Origin: an uncultured delta proteobacterium
GTDB lineage: Bacteria > Desulfobacterota > Zymogenia > Zymogenales > Zymogenaceae
Reading direction: 5' to 3'
NCBI GenBank assembly: GCA_963792965.1
Contig: CAWBYW010000018.1
Location: forward strand, 91,262 to 155,261
Length of the DNA: 64,000 nt
Shown in pieces: positions 10,560 to 18,839 of the stretch (positions are counted from its first letter, which is position 1; each line of letters opens with the position of its first letter). The translations under genes and the position numbers were made by a program. The notes below the pieces were generated by a model that saw only the letters and a list, made by a program, of their open reading frames with translations, was not told where the DNA came from and made no database searches.

Positions 10560-11963
10560 GTGGGAACAGCTCGACATACATCGGAAGGGAATCTGACCAA
10601 TTTCTCCACCTCCATCGCCCTCGGCATCATGGTCATCATGATCTCCGTCCTGGCCTTCTTGATTTCCGGCGGGATGCAGCTCAAGATGGTGGTCATGGTG
10701 GTCGGCATCATCGCCACCGCCATCTGTTTTTTCAACACCGAGATGGCCCTCTACCTCATCCTCTTTGCCATGCTCTTTTCGCCGGAGTTTTCCTTTGGCG
10801 GAGAACTGGCGGAGGGTAGGAAGCTCGTCCTTAGGGTCGAGGATATTATCATCGTCGTCACCTTCTTTTCGTGGGTGGTCAAGACCGTCCTCTACGAAGG
10901 TGTGGGTCTGATCGTCAAGACCCCCCTGAACCGGCCCATTAAGCTCTACGTCTTCGTCTCCTTTCTCTCCACCTTCCTGGGGGCGCTTATCGGCAAGGTG
11001 AACCTCTCCTCCGGGCTCCTCTACGTCTTTAAGTATATGGAGTTTTTCCTGGTCTACTTTATGTTCGCCAACAACATTACGGACCGGGACCAGGTCAAGC
11101 GGTTTATCATTGCGGCCTTTATCGTGGCGATCTTCACGGCGCTCTACGCCGTCGCCCAGATCCCCTTCGGGGGCAGGGTCACCGCTCCCTTTGAGGGCGA
11201 AAGCGGCGAGCCCAACACGCTCGGAGGGTATCTCATCCTGATTATCTCGATAGCCGCCGGACTCTGGTTTGTCATGCGGGATCAGCGGCTGAAAATTGCG
11301 CTGGCCTCGCTCGTGGTCCTTATGACTGTTCCGTTCCTCTTTACCCTCTCGCGTAGCTCGTACGTCGCCGCCATCCCGATGTTTGCGGCCTTTTTCATCT
11401 TCACCAACAAGAAACTGCTGCTCTCCTTTGTCCTGCTCGCCTTTGTGCTGGCGGCGCCCATCCTTCTTCCCGAAAAGATCAAGGAGCGGGTCTCGGAAAC
11501 CTTCGTGCCCGACCCCGGTTTTGCCCAGACCCAGACCATCGGAAACGTCGGGTTTGACACCTCCACGTCGGAACGGATCTCATCGTTTAAGTATTCCATT
11601 GAGAAGTGGCAAAAGCGGCCCATCTTCGGATGGGGCGTTACCGGCGTCGGCATCATCGACAGTACCTATTTCCGCCTCCTGGCCGAGGTAGGCCTCGTGG
11701 GACTGGCCGCCTTTCTATATCTGATCTCCGTCATCGGCCTGCACCTCTACCATATCTTCAAGAAGTCGCAGGATCCGCTCTTGAAAGGGCTTGCCCTCGG
11801 GATGCTCGCCGGGACCGCGGCGCTCCTCGGGCATAGCGTGGGCGCGGCATCCTTCATCATCGTCAGAATCATGGAGCCCTATTGGTTCTTCATGGCCTGT
11901 ATCGTTGCCCTCTACCAGATCGAACAGAGTTATCCGCCCGCTCCACAAAAGGAACTCGCGTGA
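10560..11963 (+). CDS. O-antigen ligase/Wzy-like polymerase
   Basis: Polytopic membrane protein; EPNTLGGYL, FTLSRSS, PIFGWG, AEVGLVG. Confidence 0.8.
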   Translation: MGTARHTSEGNLTNFSTSIALGIMVIMISVLAFLISGGMQLKMVVMVVGIIATAICFFNTEMALYLILFAMLFSPEFSFGGELAEGRKLVLRVEDIIIVVTFFSWVVKTVLYEGVGLIVKTPLNRPIKLYVFVSFLSTFLGALIGKVNLSSGLLYVFKYMEFFLVYFMFANNITDRDQVKRFIIAAFIVAIFTALYAVAQIPFGGRVTAPFEGESGEPNTLGGYLILIISIAAGLWFVMRDQRLKIALASLVVLMTVPFLFTLSRSSYVAAIPMFAAFFIFTNKKLLLSFVLLAFVLAAPILLPEKIKERVSETFVPDPGFAQTQTIGNVGFDTSTSERISSFKYSIEKWQKRPIFGWGVTGVGIIDSTYFRLLAEVGLVGLAAFLYLISVIGLHLYHIFKKSQDPLLKGLALGMLAGTAALLGHSVGAASFIIVRIMEPYWFFMACIVALYQIEQSYPPAPQKELA

Positions 11964-13138
11964 GATTTGGCTATTTTCTCAAGATGCTCCCCTCCCGTAT
12001 GTCGACTTTCATTCACCGGGAGATCGCCTGGCTCCGGTCGCAGGGGCACGAGGTATACCTCTTCCCCGTCTGGGACATCGACCCAAACGACCTCCCCGAG
12101 ACTATAACGGGGTCCCCCGACTATATCATCGCTCGTACTTCGCTCGTATCGTTGGGCTGGGTGCCTGCCCTCGCTCGCTTCTCCCTTACCTCTCCGCTCA
12201 GGGTCGCGCGGATAGTCGCCGGCTACCGCCGTCTCTACGGGATCGCGTTTGTCCTCAAATCGATCGAGGCCGCCCGACTGATTCAAAGAAAGAGGATCGA
12301 GCGTATCTGCGCCCACACCCTTTCACTGGCCGCTTCGCGGGCACGCATCTGTTGGCTCCTGACGGAGATTCCCTACAGCATTACCGTCCACGGCTCGGAT
12401 CTCCTCCTCTTCCCCCCCCGGGACGGCCCGGAATTAATCCGGGATGCACACGTCGTCATCACCCCCACGGAATTTAACAAGAAGCGGCTTCAGGAGATAG
12501 CCGGCCCGTCCGCGAAAGAAAATATCAGGGTAATCCCCTACCCGGTGGATACCGACTTCTTCCGGCCCGAAACAACGAAGCTCGCGCGTATGGGAGAGAT
12601 GCGACTGATCACGGTGGGGAGGCTCCATCCGGTGAAGGGACACCGGTATATCCTCCGGGCCGTCGATACGTTGCGGCGGGAGGGAGTCGCCCTTTCCCTG
12701 AAAATCGTGGGCGAGGGGGAGGAAAGGACCGGGCTCGAGGCCGAAGTGAAAAAGCTGGGCCTCGAGAGCTACGTAGTATTCACCGGCGCCCTCTTCGGCG
12801 CCGAGCTGCGGGACCAGTTGGCCGCGTCGGACATCTTTGTCCTGGCCAGTCACTCCGAGGGCCTCCCGGTATCGATGCTGGAGGCAATGGCGACGGGCCT
12901 CTGCGTAGTGGTTCCCGCCGTGACCGGGATCCCGGAAATGGTGCGCGACGGACAAAACGGCCTCCTCTTTACCCCCCAGGACCCCGTCGATCTGGCCGAG
13001 AAGCTGCGCCATGCCGCTGGCGACGCGGGCCTCAGGCGTCGGCTCGGGAAAGAGGCGCGCACCTCCGTCGTCTCGCGGTGCAGCGGCGATGCGGTCTACC
13101 GAGAGATCCTGCGTGCCGTCGGGGGGGTCAAGGAATGA
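11960..13138 (+). CDS. Glycosyltransferase family 4
   Basis: TVHGSD, VGRLHPVKG, SHSEGLPVSMLEAMA; GTG start overlaps previous TGA. Confidence 0.9.
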   Translation: MRFGYFLKMLPSRMSTFIHREIAWLRSQGHEVYLFPVWDIDPNDLPETITGSPDYIIARTSLVSLGWVPALARFSLTSPLRVARIVAGYRRLYGIAFVLKSIEAARLIQRKRIERICAHTLSLAASRARICWLLTEIPYSITVHGSDLLLFPPRDGPELIRDAHVVITPTEFNKKRLQEIAGPSAKENIRVIPYPVDTDFFRPETTKLARMGEMRLITVGRLHPVKGHRYILRAVDTLRREGVALSLKIVGEGEERTGLEAEVKKLGLESYVVFTGALFGAELRDQLAASDIFVLASHSEGLPVSMLEAMATGLCVVVPAVTGIPEMVRDGQNGLLFTPQDPVDLAEKLRHAAGDAGLRRRLGKEARTSVVSRCSGDAVYREILRAVGGVKE

Positions 13139-14289
13139 CGGTCGCGGATCTCACATTCGCCTCTAACGCGCGCACGATCACGAGCCATGCCGTTCGGGAC
13201 ACGTGGGCCTCGATGATGGGCCAGCCCCCCCACCCGCTCGATATTCCGAGCGGTCCGCTCCCCGCCGACCTTATCCCCTTTTCGGCGGCAAAGGGCTCCC
13301 TCGGGCCCGTGATGCAGGCACTTTCCCGCTGGGGGCTCGCGGGGCGCTTGGAAGAAAGGGAGCGAACGAGGGCCGAGGTCGCGCTCGTCCGCGCGGGGAT
13401 GTCGGTGGCCGCGATGCGGTCGGAGCTCGCCCGGATACTCGGGGCGTGCGCCGCGGAGCAGGTCGATGTGGTTATCCTGAAGGGCCACGATCTCCTCGTC
13501 AGGTACTACGAGAGCGATACCATCCGCCCCGTCACCGACGCCGACCTCCTCATCAGGCGACGTGACTACCCGAAGCTCGGTAGGATACTCACCGACGCCG
13601 GCTATCGCACCCCGGGGGGAGAGAGGACGAGCGTCTGGTCGCGGGGTGGTTTCATCATCGATGTTCATTTCGCCTTCGTCAACGACGTGAGGAACCCGAT
13701 GAGCGCATTCCTGCCGCAGATCCCGGCCGGGGAGATCTTCGCTCGCGCCGAGAAAAGGGAGATCGAAGGCGCCGCATACCTCTCACCCGACCCCGGCCAC
13801 AGCCTCATCATCACCGCGCTCCATGCGATGACCCACTCCTACCTGAAGGACTACTGGTTCTTGGACGCCGGGACGCTCCTGATCAGGAACGCCGAGCCGT
13901 CGTTTGTGGATCGGTGTCGGGCACTCGCGGAAGAACATCGGCTGACCGGTGTGCTGGGCCCCATGCTCTGGGCCCTCCGGGAGCACTTCGCCTTCAGGCC
14001 GGACTCGGGCAGGGGCAAGGAATATCGCGTCTCGCTCCCCGTCCGGCGTCTCATCGGTGCGGCGATGCGAAGCACCGACTACCTCTTCTTCGGCGATCTC
14101 CTGCTCGGATTGTCTGTTGACAGCTACAAAAAAAAGTTCTATTATTTTAAGGAGATGGCCTTCCCCCACCGGGACGTCGTCGCGCGGGAGAGGGGTGTCG
14201 GCATCACAGGGGCGGCCCCCTTATTTCTTTCCCGATCCCTGCACCTGGTGAGGTCAGGATTTCACATCCTCATCAAAGGACGGCGATAA
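13135..14289 (+). CDS. Nucleotidyltransferase family protein (NTP_transf_5-like)
   Basis: VILKGxxL, RPVTDADLLI (DxD), IDVH; ATGA overlap with GT4. Confidence 0.75.
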   Translation: MTVADLTFASNARTITSHAVRDTWASMMGQPPHPLDIPSGPLPADLIPFSAAKGSLGPVMQALSRWGLAGRLEERERTRAEVALVRAGMSVAAMRSELARILGACAAEQVDVVILKGHDLLVRYYESDTIRPVTDADLLIRRRDYPKLGRILTDAGYRTPGGERTSVWSRGGFIIDVHFAFVNDVRNPMSAFLPQIPAGEIFARAEKREIEGAAYLSPDPGHSLIITALHAMTHSYLKDYWFLDAGTLLIRNAEPSFVDRCRALAEEHRLTGVLGPMLWALREHFAFRPDSGRGKEYRVSLPVRRLIGAAMRSTDYLFFGDLLLGLSVDSYKKKFYYFKEMAFPHRDVVARERGVGITGAAPLFLSRSLHLVRSGFHILIKGRR

Positions 14290-14906
14290 TGGCCGTATTC
14301 CTTCGCGCGGCGTCCCGATTTCACACGATCATACGGAATTTCGTAAGGCTCTACCTCCTCTTTAACGAGAAAGAAGTGTGTTCCGTCCGGGATTCGATTG
14401 TCCGCTGCGAATGTGAAGGTGACGAGATGGTACTGTTTGGCCTCGATGACCGTAGGGCGCATCTCCTCAACCATACCGCCGCCCGAGTTCTCGGGCTTAC
14501 CGACGGGAGGAGGTCCGTCGGAGATATCGCCGCGCGTATCGCCTCCGATTTCGGGGAGAAAAAGGGGGTCGTCGGGCGCGACGTGAAAAGGATCTGTCGG
14601 GACCTTTATCTCAAAGGGGTGATCACTATGGCGCACGAACGTTCGTATGTACCGAAGATAAAAAAAGAGACCGTCGTCCGCGAAGAGGACGACGGAGCAT
14701 GTATCTTTGACCCGCTGACCGATGAGCTTTCGGCGATCAACGAGACAGGTAGAATCGTCCTGAAACAGATGAACGGGAAAAACAGTATCGCACAGATCGC
14801 GAAGAAGGTCAGGGCTGTCTTCCCCGACCAGGAAGAGGAGAAGATATACCGGGACGTTGAGGCGTTCATAGATGAGCTGAAGAATCGGGGCTTTCTTACC
14901 GTATGA
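14289..14906 (+). CDS. Tandem PqqD/RRE-domain protein (ScmD-like)
   Basis: Two PqqD-like units: LLNHTAARVLGLTDGRRSVGDIA...DVKRICRDLYLKGVI and REEDDGACIFDP...INETGRIVLKQMNGKNSIAQIA...DVEAFIDELKNRGFL. Confidence 0.82.
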   Translation: MAVFLRAASRFHTIIRNFVRLYLLFNEKEVCSVRDSIVRCECEGDEMVLFGLDDRRAHLLNHTAARVLGLTDGRRSVGDIAARIASDFGEKKGVVGRDVKRICRDLYLKGVITMAHERSYVPKIKKETVVREEDDGACIFDPLTDELSAINETGRIVLKQMNGKNSIAQIAKKVRAVFPDQEEEKIYRDVEAFIDELKNRGFLTV

Positions 14907-14971
14907 TCCGCCTGTCGAGGCCCCAGATAATCAGCTTCTCTTCAAGACGTACGATATAAGGGGAACTCATC

Positions 14972-16267
14972 GTGGTAAACAGATCAGTCCTAAAGAAAGA
15001 AAAGGGAAACACTCCCATCCCCACAAGCATGCTGCGCGCACCGCTGTCCCTCTTTATCTCGATCACCTCGCGCTGCAACCTCTCGTGCCGCCATTGCGCC
15101 GTCTATTCGGACGACCTTACGTATGACCCGGATCTCACCACCTCACAATGGCTCTCCTTCATCGACCAGATCGTCCGTCTCAGGGTCTTCCGCGTCAAGA
15201 TCAGCGGCGGAGAGCCGTTCGCGCGAAAGGACATCTTCGATATCCTCGATCACCTTTTCACGCAGCCGATCCGTGTCTCGATTAATACCAACGCCATGCT
15301 TATCGATGAGGATGCCGCCCGGCATCTCTCGTCGTACGGGCCAAAGCTCTCCGACCTCATGGTGAGCATTGACGGGGGCTCCCCCGAAACCCACGACGCC
15401 CTTCGGGGGCGAGGGGCATTTCGGGAGATGCTGAAGGGGGCTGGGCATCTGGTCGAACACGTGAGAAAACTCACCGCCTATTGCACGGTGACCCGCCTCA
15501 ATTTCAGGGAGCTCGGGGACGTGGCGCGTCTGGCCTCGGAAATCGGGATAAGTGGTCTAAAATTTAACGACCTTATCCCCCTGGGGCGTGGGCTTAAATA
15601 CCGGGATGATCTTGATCTCACGCGGGAGGAGAAACGAGAAACCACTACACGCCTCAAGGCGCTGCAAAAGACGTATCCCTTCATATCGGGGACCCTCTTT
15701 GAGGTAGACGAGATATTCGAGAAGATCGGGTCGACAGCTCCCGAAAAGCTGGCGGAGTCGTCGGAAATGGAACACTGCCTTTCGGGATGCGGCGCGCTCA
15801 ACAACGAATGCGCCATCAGGCCCGACGGATGGGCGACCCCCTGTGACCGCCTCCCGGAGCTCACGGCGGAGAATATCCTTGAGGTGCCGCTCGACGTGAT
15901 CTGGAGGGAGTCGCAGACGTTTACGGAATTCCGCCGGCGTTTTACCACCCCTATCACAAGCCTCAGCACGTGCTCGGATTGTCAGTTTGCCCCGGTTTGC
16001 ACAGGAGGATGCGCCGCGTCGGCCTTTGCGGCGTACGGCACGACGCTTGCGCGCGACCCCTCGTGCTGTTACAGGCTCTACGAGGAGGAGACGGCTGATG
16101 CGCCGCATAAATCGACGCGAATATCCTCTCCGTCGCGCGTACCTCTATGTTTCCGGCGGGTGCAACCTCCGCTGCGCCCATTGCTGGATATCTCCGGCCT
16201 TCGTGGCCGAGGGCCGTGTACAACGAGATCAGCTGACGGCCGCCGACGTAAAGAAGGTCATCGATGA
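14972..16267 (+). CDS. Radical SAM/SPASM protein, ScmE-like
   Basis: CNLSCRHC (CxxxCxxC), SGGEP, VSIDG; SPASM Cys SGCG..TPCD..CSDCQFAPVCTGGC..CC; true end may be near 16098. Confidence 0.88.
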   Translation: MVNRSVLKKEKGNTPIPTSMLRAPLSLFISITSRCNLSCRHCAVYSDDLTYDPDLTTSQWLSFIDQIVRLRVFRVKISGGEPFARKDIFDILDHLFTQPIRVSINTNAMLIDEDAARHLSSYGPKLSDLMVSIDGGSPETHDALRGRGAFREMLKGAGHLVEHVRKLTAYCTVTRLNFRELGDVARLASEIGISGLKFNDLIPLGRGLKYRDDLDLTREEKRETTTRLKALQKTYPFISGTLFEVDEIFEKIGSTAPEKLAESSEMEHCLSGCGALNNECAIRPDGWATPCDRLPELTAENILEVPLDVIWRESQTFTEFRRRFTTPITSLSTCSDCQFAPVCTGGCAASAFAAYGTTLARDPSCCYRLYEEETADAPHKSTRISSPSRVPLCFRRVQPPLRPLLDISGLRGRGPCTTRSADGRRRKEGHR

Positions 16268-17186
16268 GGGCCGTCCGATAGGCCTTCTCAGCGTCAAGCT
16301 CACCGGGGGGGAACCGTTTATCAATGACGAGATATTCGAGATAATTGAGCTGATCGGCGGCCGGGAGATCTCGATGTTTATCGAAACCAACGGGACCCTG
16401 ATCGACCGGGATACCGCGGCCTTCTTGAAAAGACAGGGGATAAACTCCGTCAGCGTGAGCGTCGACAGCAATCGCTCCTCCTTTCATGATGCCTTCCGCG
16501 GGGTGGCGGGGGCGCTGGACGGTGCCGCCTCGGGCGTAGAGCACCTCGTATCCGAGGGTATATCGGTGCAGGTCATCATGAGCCTGGTCAGGGAAAACTC
16601 CCGTGACATCGAAGGTCTTATTGATTTGGCAAAGCGGCTCGGAGCGCATTCGGTGAAGATCAACCCGGTGACCCCGATCGGAAGGGGCGGAGTCCTGTCC
16701 GACCGAGGCGACACGCTGGGGGTCGAGGAACTCCTCGAACTCTCACCGTGGGTGGAGGGGCAGCTCTCGCGTCAGTACGGGATCGAGACCTTCTTCACCG
16801 TTCCGTCCGTCTTTAAGCCGATCGGCCACCTGTTTGACGAAAGGAACGCCCAGTGCCATATCCTGACGATCATCGGCATCCTTGCAAACGGCGATGTTTC
16901 GATTTGCGGCATTGGGAGGGAAGTGCCCGCCCTCGTGATGGGAAATATCCGTACGGATAACCTGGAACAGATCTGGCGGGAAAGCTCCATCCTCGGTGAT
17001 CTCAGACAGATCGTGCCGAATAACTTGGAGGGAATCTGCGGTCGGTGCATCATGAAGGGGATATGCATGGGGTCGTGCCGGGCGGACGCCTATGTCCTTT
17101 CGGGGAGCCTTGCGGCGCCTCACTGGATCTGCCGGGAGGCGCTCGATAAAGGACTCTTCCCGAAAAATAGACTGTTAAGCCAATGA
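16098..17186 (+). CDS. Radical SAM/SPASM protein, ScmF-like
   Basis: GAGGAGG RBS before ATG 16098; GCNLRCAHCWISP, KLTGGEP, SICGIG, EGICGRCIMKGICMGSC, APHWICREALDKGLFP resemble SynChlorMet ScmF as I recall it. Confidence 0.88.
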   Translation: MRRINRREYPLRRAYLYVSGGCNLRCAHCWISPAFVAEGRVQRDQLTAADVKKVIDEGRPIGLLSVKLTGGEPFINDEIFEIIELIGGREISMFIETNGTLIDRDTAAFLKRQGINSVSVSVDSNRSSFHDAFRGVAGALDGAASGVEHLVSEGISVQVIMSLVRENSRDIEGLIDLAKRLGAHSVKINPVTPIGRGGVLSDRGDTLGVEELLELSPWVEGQLSRQYGIETFFTVPSVFKPIGHLFDERNAQCHILTIIGILANGDVSICGIGREVPALVMGNIRTDNLEQIWRESSILGDLRQIVPNNLEGICGRCIMKGICMGSCRADAYVLSGSLAAPHWICREALDKGLFPKNRLLSQ

Positions 17187-18139
17187 TTGCGAGGATCGGA
17201 GGCATATCGATCAAGCTTTCCGTCCCTGGGGACCGGGCGTCGTCCGAAAGGATTCTGGAAGAGGTCAACGGCAGACTATCCGGCTTCACCGCTAAAAGGG
17301 GACGGCATAACCTCATGCTTACGATCAGGCCGGTGGACGATCTCCCCTGGGAGGAGATACTTTGCAAAGAAGACCTCATACGGGCGCGCCGAATCGTGGA
17401 TGTCCTGAGAAGGAGGTTCCCTCTTACGAGGATACCGTTTGAGAATATGCATACGAGCAATCCATCGCACATAAAGGGAAGAATTTCCTCCGACCTCCTC
17501 TCCCGCTTCTGCAGGGGAGGTGTTTCGGTCATCCCGCAGGGCGGTTTCCTCCTGGCCGTTGACCACCGAAGCGGATACGGAGAGGTCTTCGTTAAGCGGC
17601 GCGAAGAGGGAGGCCTCGTCCCCTCGTTCATGAGCGCCCTGCAGGGCGCCCTCGGTCTGTGCGCCTCGTACCATGACGCCCTCATGCTCCACGCGAGCTC
17701 CCTTGCGATTGACGGGAGGGGATTTGTCTTTATCGGCGCATCGGGGGCCGGCAAAACTACAATAGCCTCGTCGGTCGCCCCGGAGGCGGTGCTCTCAGAC
17801 GATGGGTCCTGGTGTTCGCGGATGGGCGGTAGATTTTACCTGTATCGAACGCCCTTTTCCCAGATAGACACTGGGCCCCCTCTCGCAGACCGGACTCCTC
17901 TTGACCGGCTCCTCTTTCTCGGGAAGAGCGAGCACAACTATATCGCCGGCCTCTCGCCGGGCCGGGCCATGACAATGCTGCTTCTCAATCACATCCACTT
18001 CTTCCGATATATGGACCGGGAGGGAGCATTTAAGGCCTTCGGCCTTGTGGAGGAGCTATGCCGGAAGAACCGGGCCTTCACCCTCTTTTTTAATCGGAGT
18101 TTTAATCCGATGTCATTTTTCAGGGGAATAATCGAATGA
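17183..18139 (+). CDS. HPr-kinase-like P-loop protein (ScmC-like)
   Basis: LHAS...GASGAGKTT...LSDD signature of HprK-related proteins; TPF downstream. Confidence 0.72.
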   Translation: MIARIGGISIKLSVPGDRASSERILEEVNGRLSGFTAKRGRHNLMLTIRPVDDLPWEEILCKEDLIRARRIVDVLRRRFPLTRIPFENMHTSNPSHIKGRISSDLLSRFCRGGVSVIPQGGFLLAVDHRSGYGEVFVKRREEGGLVPSFMSALQGALGLCASYHDALMLHASSLAIDGRGFVFIGASGAGKTTIASSVAPEAVLSDDGSWCSRMGGRFYLYRTPFSQIDTGPPLADRTPLDRLLFLGKSEHNYIAGLSPGRAMTMLLLNHIHFFRYMDREGAFKAFGLVEELCRKNRAFTLFFNRSFNPMSFFRGIIE

Positions 18140-18357
18140 AAGAAAAAAAGACGTATGAGCCGCCGATGGTCATAGATCTTCAGGTCGACTATACCCAGGC
18201 GGTGGGACAGTCACGCTGCAACGCCGGGCCCACAGCCACCGGGCAGTGCACCACCGGGCCGCAGGCGAACCGCACATGTGGCACGGGCACCCAATTTACG
18301 CCGTTCTGCGGAAACGGCCAAACCGCCAACGGCTGCAACACCGGTAAGACTCCGTAG
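18136..18357 (+). CDS. Candidate RiPP precursor peptide with five CxxG repeats
   Basis: ATGA overlap with upstream gene; leader KKTYEPPMVIDL (YxxP); Cys at residues 28, 38, 48, 58, 67, each as CxxG. Confidence 0.82.
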   Translation: MKEKKTYEPPMVIDLQVDYTQAVGQSRCNAGPTATGQCTTGPQANRTCGTGTQFTPFCGNGQTANGCNTGKTP

Positions 18358-18395
18358 CGGCAGCTGTTCCGACCGACTTCAAAGGAGCAGGAGCG

Positions 18396-18839
18396 GTGAG
18401 GCAGTTTAGACGAATCCGATTCCGTGGATACAGCATGTACCCGGCGCTGCGCCCGGGCGACACGCTGATCCTTCGCCCAGTGTTGAGCGGCGAGTGTGCC
18501 AGGGGTGATATCGTCTGCGTCCCCGGCGAACGCAATTTCACCACCCACCGCGTCGTCGAGATCAATCGGAGCTCGGCCGGTCCCATGCTCATCACCAAGG
18601 GAGACAACCTCCCCTACTTCGATTCGCCCATCGTCCTCCCCTCGGAAGGGATTCATCGGGTCGCCATGATCTGCCGCCCGGGACGGGGACCCACCAGACC
18701 CCGTTTCGGGAGGACACGTGCCCTCCTCTCCCGAAATAACCTGACGGTAGGTATCATACAGGGGAGGATCGGGCGCCTCATAAGGGGCACGTATGGACGT
18801 GTTCGGAATTTACTTAATAGGAAACCCAACCGCACATGA
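18396..18839 (+). CDS. S24/S26-family signal-peptidase-like protein
   Basis: GYSMYPALRPGD (catalytic Ser), THRVV (His), ITKGDN; no N-terminal TM. Confidence 0.8.
   Translation: MRQFRRIRFRGYSMYPALRPGDTLILRPVLSGECARGDIVCVPGERNFTTHRVVEINRSSAGPMLITKGDNLPYFDSPIVLPSEGIHRVAMICRPGRGPTRPRFGRTRALLSRNNLTVGIIQGRIGRLIRGTYGRVRNLLNRKPNRT

Noticed and set aside
14289-17186. PQQ or mycofactocin biosynthesis
   Set aside because: No PqqA (ExxxY), PqqB/C or MftA-type peptide; two rSAMs and a Cys-repeat peptide fit a different system
14289-18839. Lasso peptide cluster (YxxP leader, RRE, HprK-like kinase, nucleotidyltransferase)
   Set aside because: No asparagine-synthetase-like cyclase or transglutaminase-like B2 protease is present, and the core has no Asp/Glu for a macrolactam
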